Below are positions 22,236 through 32,621 of a DNA stretch of 64,000 nucleotides, one piece after another. Both the position numbers and the translations under genes were made by a program. Where the stretch lies: the NCBI GenBank assembly GCA_038845975.1, contig JAWBQF010000004.1, forward strand, positions 32,001 through 96,000. The letters run 5' to 3'. The notes under the pieces were generated by a model, which saw only the letters and a program-made list of their open reading frames with translations, had not been told where the DNA came from and searched no databases. Source of the stretch: Candidatus Methanomethylicia archaeon. GTDB lineage: Archaea; Thermoproteota; Methanomethylicia; CALHIW01. The stretch's first letter is position 1, and every line of letters starts with the position of its first letter.

Positions 22236-22990
22236 AGCTTTAGGAATTCCTGAACTGATATTTTCCTAATTTTAGGAATGTTTATAGCTATTGGTGTTAA
22301 TGTATAGAGCTCAATTTCTGATGCAGCCCACTCTAATAATTTTGCAGCAATTTCTAGTTTTGCTATTTTCACTCTTCTATCTATCTTTACTCCATACTTA
22401 GAGTATTTACCGATTCTCTGCCCTAAATCCATTCCAATCATACCTACGACTCTAAGCCCTAAAGCCTTAACTATAAATACTCCACGGTCACCATCAGTAA
22501 ATCCACCGAAATTATATACATATGGTCTAGGTTCTACTTGAGTTGATCCTAATGGATTCTTTAGCATTGGAACATATTTTAATAGCTTCTCAATATTATC
22601 ACCGTGAGCATGAACAATAATCATAGATCCATTTCTATTTGCCTTTATAATATCTTTCAATAAACCATCTAGATCCGTAACTATAATATTGGGTATTATT
22701 CTACTTTTTAATAGAAAGGATGTTGCACCATTAGCTGATACTATGAGGCAATTCTTAATCTGTTTTAGAATTGAGTGGGATTCCTCAAGTGATGGCCCAG
22801 CACCTACAACAATAGCTTTACTATAGTTTTTACCTAAATCATATAGAGTCTCTATGAAGCCATGATTTTTCGAAAGAAGATTACTTAGGATATCTGTTGC
22901 TTTTTGATCAAACTCAAAGCTTAAGTTAAGTTTAAGCCTTATGTAATCATACCATTGATACCATTTGAACTTATCAGTAAACCAAGCCAA
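22232..22990 (-). CDS. mptE: 6-hydroxymethyl-7,8-dihydropterin pyrophosphokinase MptE-like (DUF115)
   Basis: VVGAGPSL, IIVTDLDG, VHAHGDN, NFGGFTDGDR, and KIAKLEIA. Confidence 0.85.
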   Translation of the reverse strand: MAWFTDKFKWYQWYDYIRLKLNLSFEFDQKATDILSNLLSKNHGFIETLYDLGKNYSKAIVVGAGPSLEESHSILKQIKNCLIVSANGATSFLLKSRIIPNIIVTDLDGLLKDIIKANRNGSMIIVHAHGDNIEKLLKYVPMLKNPLGSTQVEPRPYVYNFGGFTDGDRGVFIVKALGLRVVGMIGMDLGQRIGKYSKYGVKIDRRVKIAKLEIAAKLLEWAASEIELYTLTPIAINIPKIRKISVQEFLKL

Positions 22991-23039
22991 TACATCACCA
23001 ACATAGAGTGAAACTAGTAAATTTACTATTACTAATGAT

Positions 23040-23327
23040 TTAAATCTCTAATCCAAGCTTCTCTAAAACATTCTTAAACCTCTCTATTTCATTTAAGAGT
23101 TTATTACCTTTTTCAGTTATGATGTAATATTTTCTCCCATTATTCTCTATTCTCTTAAGTATGTTTTTACTTATCAATTCATTTAGTAGAGGCTCCAAAC
23201 GATCATAAGGTATTCTTGAGCCATACATTATCCTAGTTATTGGAGCTTTACCCTCATCTTTCACACATTTTAATACATCTCTAATAATACTTAGCCTACT
23301 TCTTACTTGTCTACGCAAACTATTCAC
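23040..23327 (-). CDS. Winged helix-turn-helix transcriptional regulator
   Basis: RSRLSIIRDVL..TRIMYG..YIITEKG pattern typical of small archaeal wHTH proteins. Confidence 0.85.
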   Translation of the reverse strand: MNSLRRQVRSRLSIIRDVLKCVKDEGKAPITRIMYGSRIPYDRLEPLLNELISKNILKRIENNGRKYYIITEKGNKLLNEIERFKNVLEKLGLEI

Positions 23328-23872
23328 CTAACTCTTAAACCAAGAAATAATGTTAGAAGACCTATAGGCCTAAGTGCTTCTGATAAAAGCATTATTTCAG
23401 GTAATGCATGATATATACTATTAATTTCTACAATATGATGTAGTGCTAAAATAATGAATCCGAGACTAACTAGAAATGATTTACGTTTAAAGCTTTTATA
23501 TGCGAGAAAAGAGAGTAAAATGAGAGAGAAGACATGAATACTGAATGTGAATAAAGCTACTTGATGGCTTTCTTCTCTATGAGGTATGTAAGAGAAAAGA
23601 ATCATTAAACATCCAAAAGCATCCATAAGAGATGCGCTTAGATATAGATAAGTTAATACTGTAGGTGTTTCTACTAGAGGTAGGAATGCAAGCATGATGG
23701 AAGCTAGTGAAATCATAGCAAAGCCAAAGCCAAGAAATCCAAGCATATCATCAAGTGTACTCCAATATATTCTTAATAGCCTATAGGATATGGAGAAGGC
23801 AAAAATAAAGGATAAGACCTCAAGTATAAGCGTTAACATTCCAAATACATCAATCATAAATACTAGCTTCAA
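23324..23872 (-). CDS. Multi-pass membrane protein, co-transcribed with the wHTH gene
   Basis: About 6 hydrophobic segments; 4-nt overlap with the wHTH gene. Confidence 0.7.
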   Translation of the reverse strand: MKLVFMIDVFGMLTLILEVLSFIFAFSISYRLLRIYWSTLDDMLGFLGFGFAMISLASIMLAFLPLVETPTVLTYLYLSASLMDAFGCLMILFSYIPHREESHQVALFTFSIHVFSLILLSFLAYKSFKRKSFLVSLGFIILALHHIVEINSIYHALPEIMLLSEALRPIGLLTLFLGLRVR

Positions 23873-23899
23873 ACATATATAAAAACATTATCTAACCAT

Positions 23900-24888
23900 G
23901 GTTTTGGCGTAAAATTTTGGAAAGGCTTATTTTTGTGAGTTGTGGTTGTTTTGGGTATGGGAAGGCGTAGGAAACGTTTTAATTGGGCTTTGTACGAGAA
24001 TCTCTGTAGAATTGAGCGTGAAGAGGCTTTTGGCTTGTTGAGGTGGGCTGTGTATTCGCTAGATCCACCTTGGGACTGCAGGTGGAAGGGAATTGGACGT
24101 AAACCTTACGATGCTAGGGCCTTAACTGTGCTTACTGTATGGCAGGAGATTGAAGGTAAGCCTGAAAGGGCTTACACGGCTGACCTTGAAAGAAATAAGG
24201 AGCGACTGCACATGCTTGGTTTGGAGCATGCGCCTCACAGGACAGCCCTATACCGGACAAGGAAGAGGCTTTCTGATGAGTATATGGAGAAGCTGAACAG
24301 GAGAATCCTTGAAAGGCTTAAGCATGCCGGAAAGGTGAGTGCAGATGCCACTGGAATGCGCATGTCAAAACGAGACTGCGCATGGTCTTCAGCCAGCCTA
24401 AACGGCAGAAGGGAATACACTAAACTCCACAGCTTATTCAACCTTGAAACGGGAACAGTTAAAGCTTTCAAGGCAACAGGGGAAATGAACATGAATGTAA
24501 ACACTTGCCAGACCTCCTAAAACGCTTAGATGATATGGAATGCTTTGTGGCGGATCCAGGCTACCTTTCCAGAAGAAATTGCATGCTAGTCGCTGAAAAG
24601 GGAGGTAAGCCATACATTAAACCAAAAAAGAACAGCCTAATGAAGGCTAAGGGATGCTGGATATGGAAGAGCATGGTAACCCTCTACAGGATGCACCCAC
24701 GCATATTCAACCACTCCTACAAGCTACACCAACGCATAGAAGCCGGATGGCATTCGCTAAAAAGCATTGTAGGCGACCTAATAAGAAACAAAACAATAAA
24801 AACCATAAAAACGGAAATATGGGCAAAAATCATCTGCTACAACCTCATCTGGACAATCAGAGGAAGACACAAATTTTGAGCCAAAACC
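23900..24888 (+). mobile_element. IS5-like DDE insertion sequence (989 bp), recent insertion; transposase split by one frameshift (23942-24520 and 24505-24879)
   Basis: TIR GGTTTTGGC..AAAATTT at both ends. Perfect 8-bp TSD CTAACCAT at 23892-23899 and 24889-24896. DDE motifs ADATG, ADPGY and RIEAGW..LK. GC content is higher than the host's. Confidence 0.9.
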
Positions 24889-24901
24889 CTAACCATTCCT
24901 C

Positions 24902-25670
24902 GTCTTGCGAACTTTAGCTTTATTTAGAGCCTACTTCCTTATTTATGGTTAAAGTTATTAGGTTTATTGAAAAGAGCTTCATTTACTCTAGTTTTATAGT
25001 GCTTATATTTATTCATTATAAGACGGTTTTGGATATTAGGTTTATTATTGTAGAGTTTTCATATTATGGTTAGATATTTAATTAATAGAAATATTAGAAT
25101 TGTTATTTGATGATGTAAGTTAGGCTTTAAGGAGAATTGTTATGTTTCTTCATTATTAGGATACACTTACATATGGATTACAATACCGTAAACATTACAT
25201 CTCTTCATTCCTTAAAATATTAGGCTATTAACTCTAAACAACTATATCAACTGATAAAGCACTTTAGAGCCATGTAAAATACTAATTAAACATAAAGCAT
25301 ATAGTTTGAAATTAAAAACTTAATGGATAGAGCTAAACTATTCAATAATTATATGCCATAATACGAGGTAAAGCATTATTGTGGATATGTATACATTCTA
25401 TGGATCAATAGTATTATTATTGTTTTCTTGCTGTTGCTATTGATGTTAGTATTGATAAGCTTTTGAATGCTTATAGGCGTGGAGAAAATATACAGTACAT
25501 TTAGGATAAAGCTAAGCCATTGATAATTGTATTCCATAGCGAAGAATAAGTATGATAGGTGAATATGTAAACATACTAAACGAAACATGGGTTGATAAAA
25601 AGATAAAAGCTAAGAATTCATAGAAGAACATACCAAAATAGAGATGATAAAACATGCTTAAGCTCAAGGT
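24902..25670 (+). mobile_element. Decayed IS6-family copy, inverted relative to 18218-18905
   Basis: Left end gaactttagctttattt; right end gctaagaattcataga..taccaaaatag..aacatgcttaag is the reverse complement of 18229-18300. Confidence 0.75.
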
Positions 25671-25755
25671 GAGAGAAAGTCTATTTCTAATGGTCTAAGC
25701 ATGTTAAGGATTATAGGATTTGCTAAATCTTAGTTTAAGCTATTATGGCCTATAG

Positions 25756-25799
25756 TATGTACAGACTGTACATATTGACTGTGAACAAGCTTTTTATAA
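25756..25799 (+). promoter_or_regulatory. Putative operator (palindrome plus GTAyATAyTGwCTGTGAAC box) and TATA box
   Basis: Palindrome TATGTACAG-A-CTGTACATA at 25756-25774. The box at 25768-25786 recurs at 26390-26408, and each copy is followed by TTTATAA about 35 nt before an ATG. Confidence 0.55.
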
Positions 25800-25827
25800 T
25801 TTGAGATTTAAACTATTCTGGACAAAT

Positions 25828-26298
25828 ATGAGAAGAACAGTACTGGTAGCTACACTATCTGTACTAGTGGTAATGGCAGTAATAGGCTCATGGGCTTTAC
25901 TAGCAGCTCAATCTAACATAACAAGTACTACAAGTTCCAATGAATTAAACATAACAACTCCTCCAATATGCTGTAGGGGGATACCCTTAGGTAAGATACG
26001 GAACTGGTGGGGAGGTATACGTGTTGAGCTTAGTGAAGAATTTAAGAGTAAGGTTACCAACATAGTAAAAAATGACCCTGATGTTCAGAAGCTACTTGAT
26101 GATGGGTACAACATAGTATCTATTAGGCCAATATTTAAGGTAATTATAGATGCTAATGGAAATGTAGTAATTAAAGCGGTAAGTGCTAACGTACTACTTC
26201 AAAAGAATAAAGTAGGATGCGTATTAGTTCAAGTAGACTTAGAGCAAAACAAAGTAGTAAATATAATTATCTCAACTAAAACAATAATTCAAAAATAG
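25828..26298 (+). CDS. Exported hypothetical protein
   Basis: Signal-peptide-like MRRTVLVATLSVLVVMAV followed by a Ser/Thr-rich linker. The ATG at 25828 fits the TATA spacing. Confidence 0.7.
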   Translation: MRRTVLVATLSVLVVMAVIGSWALLAAQSNITSTTSSNELNITTPPICCRGIPLGKIRNWWGGIRVELSEEFKSKVTNIVKNDPDVQKLLDDGYNIVSIRPIFKVIIDANGNVVIKAVSANVLLQKNKVGCVLVQVDLEQNKVVNIIISTKTIIQK

Positions 26299-26389
26299 AA
26301 TCTAAAATTCATATATTTTTTATAATAATATTCAATTGTAGAAACTAGGTAAGGCAAAAGTTATACCTAAATTGTATAGCAGCCATTAA

Positions 26390-26419
26390 GTATATACTGT
26401 CTGTGAACTAGATTTATAA
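26390..26419 (+). promoter_or_regulatory. Second copy of the operator-like box plus TATA
   Basis: GTATATACTGTCTGTGAAC-tag-aTTTATAA upstream of the ATG at 26449. Confidence 0.5.
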
Positions 26420-26448
26420 GTTACTATTAATCGTTATGTAGGATTACT

Positions 26449-27141
26449 ATGGAGTATACTATAGAAACAGTAGATTTATTGAAAACTTATGTTTCAGGTA
26501 CTGTGGAATATCCAGCTCTTAGAAATGTTAATTTAAAGGTTGCAAGAAGTGAATATGTAGCTATTGTTGGGCCTTCAGGTAGTGGTAAAACAACACTTCT
26601 TAATCTTATAGGAGCACTGGATAAACCAACTAAGGGCGAGGTATATATTGATGGTATACCGATATCTAAGCTAAATCATAATCAACTTGCAGAGCTGAGA
26701 AGTAGAAAGATAGGGTTTGTTTTCCAAACATATAATTTAATACCTTACTTAAACGTTCTAGGTAATGTTGAGTTACCTATGATGTCGTTAAATACTCCTC
26801 CAAAGCTAAGAAGAAAAAAAGCATTGGAAATTCTTGAAACACTCGGATTAGCTGATAAAGCATACAAAAAGCCTAATGAGCTTAGTGGCGGTGAACAGCA
26901 ACGTGTAGCTATAGCTAGAGCATTAGTAAATGATCCTGCTATAGTATTAGCTGATGAACCTACCGGAAACCTAGATTCTAAAACCGCCTTAAACGTTGTT
27001 GAAACCTTTAATAGGCTAAACACTGAAAGAGAGGTTACAGTAATACTTGTAACTCACAATCTTGAAATAACAAAATTCTGTCATAGAATAGTTTATTTAA
27101 GAGATGGAAGCATAGTTAGGGAGGTGATTCAGAGAAAATGA
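26449..27141 (+). CDS. ABC transporter ATP-binding protein (LolD/MacB type)
   Basis: GPSGSGKT, IGFVFQTYNL, LSGGEQQRVAIARAL, LADEPTGNLDS. Confidence 0.95.
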   Translation: MEYTIETVDLLKTYVSGTVEYPALRNVNLKVARSEYVAIVGPSGSGKTTLLNLIGALDKPTKGEVYIDGIPISKLNHNQLAELRSRKIGFVFQTYNLIPYLNVLGNVELPMMSLNTPPKLRRKKALEILETLGLADKAYKKPNELSGGEQQRVAIARALVNDPAIVLADEPTGNLDSKTALNVVETFNRLNTEREVTVILVTHNLEITKFCHRIVYLRDGSIVREVIQRK

Positions 27142-29123
27142 AAAGAACAATTTTCCTACTAGCTATACTAATTCTAGCTCAAGTAGTAGTGTTGAATGCT
27201 AATGGGAATTTATTTAAGGTAGTTAATGTAGTATGGGGATCATTAGATTCGCCCATAGAGGTAGCTCCAGGAGATTTAAACGTACCAGTAACCATAACCT
27301 TACAGTATACTGGAACAAATCCATTAACAGCCATTGAAGCATACATATTTCTCCCAGGGGGATTTACTTCAACTAATGGTGAAAAAGTTATAAAAGTGTT
27401 CTCTACAGTTCCAGGAGGAAGAATAATTCAGTTACAATTTAGCTTAAATTTAGATTCTAAAATTAAGCTTGGAGATTACGCTATAGCTATGATTATTAAT
27501 GGTATTAGCGGCTCCTCAATAATACATACTGAATCCTTAACCTTTACTCTTCCAGTTAAGGGAAAAGTATCAATAGACTTTATACCGAATCCATACAATA
27601 TTAAACCAGGACAAATAAATACCGTAAACATAACATTAAGAAATAGTGGTGCGTGTAAAGCATTAAAGCTCTCAATATCTTTCTCTTCATCTCAAGCATC
27701 AATAATAAACCAGACAGTCTTTGATTTTGAAGAACTTAACCCTAACTCCACAAAAAACTTAGTAGTCCACCTATATGTTTCATCAACATTCTCCTCAACA
27801 CCAATATATTTAACAGCAAGTATAAAATACGTAAATGAATACTCATACACTATGATGTTAATTAAGCAAATTCAAATGTACGTTGTAAGACCCTTAATAC
27901 CATTACTAACCATTAATACTTCGAGAGGAGAACTTCAATCAGGTACTATAAACATTATTGATTTAAGCGTTAAAAATAATGGGGCTGAAGCTGTTTATGA
28001 TATTATTTTAACAGTAAGTACTCCGGGAGGAATTGGATTAATAGGATCAGATGGAAAGTGGAGTCTTGGAACTATTGAGCCGGGAAGATTCAAGACTTTA
28101 AATCTTACACTGTATATCCCACCATATCAGTCCTCATCTACTATGCAGATTACATTCTCTCTAAGTTACTACGATTCTACAAATAACTTTAAAACTGAAT
28201 CTAGAACATTAAGCTTCCTCATAGCTCCATTAATCCAGAAATCTCCATTAACTATTCAAGTAACCCCATCTGAAATATATACTGGAATAACTAATAATGT
28301 AACGTTAAGAATTACTAATAATGCTCTATACGATCTTAAAAACCTAAAGATTACATTATCATCTTCTCAAGCTATTTTACTTGATACTGATAATATATGG
28401 AGTATTGAAAAGCTTCCATCAGGAAAATATCTTGATATATCCTTGAAACTATATCCTCAATCAGCAACAATAACCTCTATACAATTAGCATTATCCATAT
28501 CATACTATGATGAGCTTAACATCCTAAATCAAGAAGCTAGAAGCATAAACTTACTGGCTAGGGGATTAGTTGACCTTAAAGTTACCAATATAGCAATAGC
28601 TCCTGAAACAGTTGTTTTAGGACAACCATTCTCAGTTTCAGTTACTATAACTAATACCGGGACAATAACAGCCTCTGGAGTTTCAGCTACTATTGAGCAG
28701 GAGCCATGGTTTAGAATTGTAGGACGTCAAACAGTATTTATTGGAGATATACAGGTTAATGTGCCGACCTCTTTTACAATGTCATTTATAGCTTTAAATA
28801 TAACACAGCCTACAGCAGCACGTACTATAAGTATTACTCAGAGACCTATTAATATGACAAGACCATTCAACATAACAGGTTCTTCGAGAAGTATTCAGCC
28901 TACAATTAAGGTAACTCTATCCTACATGGATAATCTTAGAACACGTCATACACAAACACTAGAAATACCTATAACATACTCCACCACTACGATGCAAACA
29001 TATACTACAAGACAACAAACCCAAACTACAGGCTTCCCCATAAGTAACGTTTTAGTATTAGCAGTAGCTGTAGGAATATCATTTATGGTAGGATATTTAA
29101 TAGCTAGGAGGAGAGTTAAATGA
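27138..29123 (+). CDS. COG1361-like S-layer/Ig-fold repeat cell-surface protein
   Basis: Signal peptide, repeated beta-rich units (ITLRNSG, LSVKNNG, ITNTG), Thr-rich linker and C-terminal TM. Lies between the ABC ATPase and the permease. Confidence 0.8.
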   Translation: MKRTIFLLAILILAQVVVLNANGNLFKVVNVVWGSLDSPIEVAPGDLNVPVTITLQYTGTNPLTAIEAYIFLPGGFTSTNGEKVIKVFSTVPGGRIIQLQFSLNLDSKIKLGDYAIAMIINGISGSSIIHTESLTFTLPVKGKVSIDFIPNPYNIKPGQINTVNITLRNSGACKALKLSISFSSSQASIINQTVFDFEELNPNSTKNLVVHLYVSSTFSSTPIYLTASIKYVNEYSYTMMLIKQIQMYVVRPLIPLLTINTSRGELQSGTINIIDLSVKNNGAEAVYDIILTVSTPGGIGLIGSDGKWSLGTIEPGRFKTLNLTLYIPPYQSSSTMQITFSLSYYDSTNNFKTESRTLSFLIAPLIQKSPLTIQVTPSEIYTGITNNVTLRITNNALYDLKNLKITLSSSQAILLDTDNIWSIEKLPSGKYLDISLKLYPQSATITSIQLALSISYYDELNILNQEARSINLLARGLVDLKVTNIAIAPETVVLGQPFSVSVTITNTGTITASGVSATIEQEPWFRIVGRQTVFIGDIQVNVPTSFTMSFIALNITQPTAARTISITQRPINMTRPFNITGSSRSIQPTIKVTLSYMDNLRTRHTQTLEIPITYSTTTMQTYTTRQQTQTTGFPISNVLVLAVAVGISFMVGYLIARRRVK

Positions 29124-30388
29124 GACTAACAGATACCTTACTTATCAGCTTTACACATCTAAAGGAGAGAAAACTTAGAACATCCTTAACCATTCTAGGC
29201 ATTACTATCGGCATAGCAGCCATTATTGCTTTAGTTTCACAAACAGCAGGTATTAGTGCTAGTATTACGGGAACATTGGAGAAGCTAGGTCCAACAACAA
29301 TAATGGTTTCATCCGCTAATCCCCGTATTTTAAGGCTTACAGATGTAGAAACATTTAGAATTAGAGAGATTCCAGGTGTGGCTGAGGTTATACCTGTAAC
29401 TTTTGATAGAGTATTTATACAGGTTTCAGGTGAAACTCAGCAAGTAACCTTAATAGGTATTAACGCAATAGGTTTAAATAATCTTGTAGGTGAAGTGAAG
29501 CTTAATGAGGGAATAATGTATTCCGACTCTATAGTTCCACAAGCAGTTATAGGTATTAATATAGCTAAAAATACAGGAGTAACTATAGGCCAACCCTTAG
29601 TGGTTCAGAGAGGAAATAACTTCATATCGATTCAAGTTGTAGGTATATTATCTAGCTATGGAGCCTCAGCATTTTTATCGGTTGATGATGGAATATTTAT
29701 ACCTCTTGAAGCTACATCAAGCATGTTTAATAAGCTAGCATACGATATGGTCTTTGTTAAGGCAGAATCAGTAGAGTTAATAGATGGAGTATTAGAGTAT
29801 TTACAGGTAATTTATGGTAATGATATTAGAACCATAAGTGTTGCACAGCTTAGTCAAACAGTTAGTTCAATCATATCCTCCTTAAGTCTATTTCTAGGAG
29901 GAATTGCTGCAATATCTTTAAGCGTAGCCGGTGTTGGCATTATGAATATTATGTTTGTTTCAGTCTTAGAGAGAACTAGAGAAATAGGAGTACTCAAAGC
30001 TATAGGATTTAAGAATAGGGATGTATTACTCATGTTCCTCTCCGAAGTAGTAATAATAGGAATTCTAGGAGGAATTTTAGGAGTAGTATCGGGAAGTACA
30101 TTATCATATTTTGTACCAAGCATTTTATCCAGTATGGCACGTGGAGCCATGGGTGGAACTCAAGTTAGAACTACTCAAATTAGAGCTGTAGGTCCATCAG
30201 CAGCTCCAGGAGCCATGCCGGGAACTATGACTACACAATCACCATCTTTATCGTATACTCCAATTGTAAGTATAGATATAGTAACTATATCAATATTTCT
30301 AGCTGTAACGGTAAGTGTGGTTTCCGGCTTACTTCCGGCCTGGAGGGCTTCAAGAATAGATCCTATAAAAGCATTAAGATATGAGTAG
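29120..30388 (+). CDS. ABC transporter permease (MacB/FtsX family)
   Basis: RTSLTILGITIGIAAI, GIMNIMFVSVLERTREIGVLKAIG, PAWRASRIDPIKALRYE. Confidence 0.93.
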   Translation: MRLTDTLLISFTHLKERKLRTSLTILGITIGIAAIIALVSQTAGISASITGTLEKLGPTTIMVSSANPRILRLTDVETFRIREIPGVAEVIPVTFDRVFIQVSGETQQVTLIGINAIGLNNLVGEVKLNEGIMYSDSIVPQAVIGINIAKNTGVTIGQPLVVQRGNNFISIQVVGILSSYGASAFLSVDDGIFIPLEATSSMFNKLAYDMVFVKAESVELIDGVLEYLQVIYGNDIRTISVAQLSQTVSSIISSLSLFLGGIAAISLSVAGVGIMNIMFVSVLERTREIGVLKAIGFKNRDVLLMFLSEVVIIGILGGILGVVSGSTLSYFVPSILSSMARGAMGGTQVRTTQIRAVGPSAAPGAMPGTMTTQSPSLSYTPIVSIDIVTISIFLAVTVSVVSGLLPAWRASRIDPIKALRYE

Positions 30389-30394
30389 GAGAAA

Positions 30395-31081
30395 ATGTTG
30401 AGAATACCATTGCTTATCGGATTCGCCTTTATGTTTGTAGCGTTTCTAGTACCTATAGTAATGGTACTACCTCTAAATGAGTATTCATCTAAGATTATAG
30501 GTAATGAAGTCTTTCAAAACATTATATATGGTAAAAGCTATAGTAGATCTTGGGGTATTCTATGGAGTATATGTGAAAGGGAGGGGTATGTGATAGATAG
30601 TAATGGATTAGGAAACCTTAAGAAGACTCCAAGAAACATTGTTTTAATTAAGGGTGAAAACATGGTAGTGGTTAATGCAAGTTATGCTGAAATCCCAGTT
30701 TTCATGAATTCTGAGAATGGAAAATACTTATTTACAATCTATGATCTTAAAAATCCAACAATAATTGTGAAGAAAAATACACGTTTAAGAATGATTGTAG
30801 TTAATATTGATAAAGATACACCGCATAGCTTAGCAATAGTATCAAATCCACCACCATACCCATACTTAATACATATTATACATTATAACATAGCCTTTCC
30901 AGGAGCATCAACACCTAAACCAATGATTGGATTACCGCCAGTAAGAGGTAATAATTATCCAATATGGCTAATGGAGTTTACAGCTTCATCACCAGGAACC
31001 TACTACTATGTAAGCTTAGTTCCTGGACATGCAGCACGGGGAATGTATGGCAAATTAATAGTACAGAATGGAAACCAGTAA
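30395..31081 (+). CDS. Rusticyanin/sulfocyanin-like cupredoxin, membrane-anchored; the copper-ligand Cys appears as Ser
   Basis: FTIYDLKNPTIIV, VNIDKDTPHS, PPPYPY, PGTYYYVSLVPGHAARGMYGKLIV. Confidence 0.75.
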   Translation: MLRIPLLIGFAFMFVAFLVPIVMVLPLNEYSSKIIGNEVFQNIIYGKSYSRSWGILWSICEREGYVIDSNGLGNLKKTPRNIVLIKGENMVVVNASYAEIPVFMNSENGKYLFTIYDLKNPTIIVKKNTRLRMIVVNIDKDTPHSLAIVSNPPPYPYLIHIIHYNIAFPGASTPKPMIGLPPVRGNNYPIWLMEFTASSPGTYYYVSLVPGHAARGMYGKLIVQNGNQ

Positions 31082-31216
31082 ATCCTTTTAAAGCTATTTT
31101 ATAATAGGAAAACTTGTAAGCTAAACGCATATCTTATCCCATAACATACTACGTATTAGCTATATTGAATTGTAAGGCTTATAAGGATGTTGTTTTTACA
31201 TTAATATGTGATTTAA

Positions 31217-31795
31217 ATGAAGATTGGAATTACATCGCTAAGTGCACTGATAATTGTTGATGTACAGAATGATTTTTGTCCAGGTGGAGCATTACCAGTT
31301 CCAGAAGGAGATGAGATTATTCCTATCTTAAACAGATACATTGAGGTTTTCAATTCTAGAAAACTACCTATCTATGCCACAAGAGATTGGCATCCGGAGA
31401 ATCATATATCATTTAAAACAAGAGGGGGGCCATGGCCACCACACTGCATTCAAAATACATGGGGAGCTGAGTTTCATCCAAACCTAAATATTCCACCACA
31501 CAGCATAATAATTCCTAAAGCTACAGAGCCTGATAGAGAAGCATATTCAGGATTTGAGGGAACAAATTTAGAAAATGATTTAAAAAATAGAAAGATAAAG
31601 AGGGTTTTTATAGGTGGATTAGCTTTAGATTACTGTGTTAAGGAAACGGTAATGGATGCTTTAAATATAGGGTTTGAAACAATACTTCTTGAAGATGCTT
31701 CAAGGGGTGTAAATATTGATGATAGTGAAAGAGCAGTTACTGAAATGATTTTAAACGGGGCAATAGCAGTAAAGCTTGAAGATATAAGGCTATAA
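31217..31795 (+). CDS. pncA: Nicotinamidase/pyrazinamidase
   Basis: VDVQNDFCPGGAL, TRDWHP..H.SF, WPPHC, AYSGF, GLALDYCV. Confidence 0.92.
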   Translation: MKIGITSLSALIIVDVQNDFCPGGALPVPEGDEIIPILNRYIEVFNSRKLPIYATRDWHPENHISFKTRGGPWPPHCIQNTWGAEFHPNLNIPPHSIIIPKATEPDREAYSGFEGTNLENDLKNRKIKRVFIGGLALDYCVKETVMDALNIGFETILLEDASRGVNIDDSERAVTEMILNGAIAVKLEDIRL

Positions 31796-31823
31796 TATTT
31801 AAACTACTATTTACGGGATAGTT

Positions 31824-32540
31824 ATGCCTAAAGTCTATGCTACTAATAGGTTAAACTTAAAATATTTTAAGGAAGAATATATATCTATTGTTGTTGATGT
31901 ACTTAGATGTAGTACAACAATTATTACAGCAATTGAAAACGGTGCTGAGGGAGTTATACCTGCAGCTACCATTAAGGAGGCTAGAGCATTAAGAAAAGTG
32001 TATGTAAATGCTGTTCTAGCTGGTGAACGAGACGGCATACCACCAAAGAGGTTTAATCTAGGTAACTCACCACATGAGTTTAAGCCAGAAGCTATTAATG
32101 GTAGACTAGTGATTTTAACAACAACTAGTGGTACAAGAACAATAAAAAGTGCTAGTAGATTAGGCCCTACCCTCATAGGTGGAATTATCAATATAAAAGC
32201 TGTTAGTGAAGCTGCATATAAGCTTGCAGTTGAAAGGGGGAGGGATATAGTTATAGTTATGGCTGGAAGAATAGGATTATTCTTCCTTGAGGATTTTATA
32301 GGGGCTGGCTTAATAGCTAATGAGTTGGAGAAGTATAATGTTGTATTAGATGATGTAGCTACAGCATCTTTAAACCTAGTTAAGAATAGTGATTGGAGAA
32401 GTTTAGCTGAAAAATCCGAGCATGCCAACTATCTTGCTAGTATAGGTTTCGGAAGAGATGTAGTATATGCTCTAACACCTAACATTTCAAGTACAGTACC
32501 AATATTGATTAATAACATCATCACTAAGCTCGGAAAATAA
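31824..32540 (+). CDS. comB: 2-phosphosulfolactate phosphatase family
   Basis: VVDVLRCSTTI, LAGERDG, FNLGNSP, LTTTSGT, LEDFIGAG. Confidence 0.85.
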   Translation: MPKVYATNRLNLKYFKEEYISIVVDVLRCSTTIITAIENGAEGVIPAATIKEARALRKVYVNAVLAGERDGIPPKRFNLGNSPHEFKPEAINGRLVILTTTSGTRTIKSASRLGPTLIGGIINIKAVSEAAYKLAVERGRDIVIVMAGRIGLFFLEDFIGAGLIANELEKYNVVLDDVATASLNLVKNSDWRSLAEKSEHANYLASIGFGRDVVYALTPNISSTVPILINNIITKLGK

Positions 32541-32621
32541 CTGGAGCAGCTTAGATTAGTCTTATAAAGCTTCTGTGCAAAAATTTTTATACAACATTAC
32601 TTTACATTAGGCGGTGTTTTA

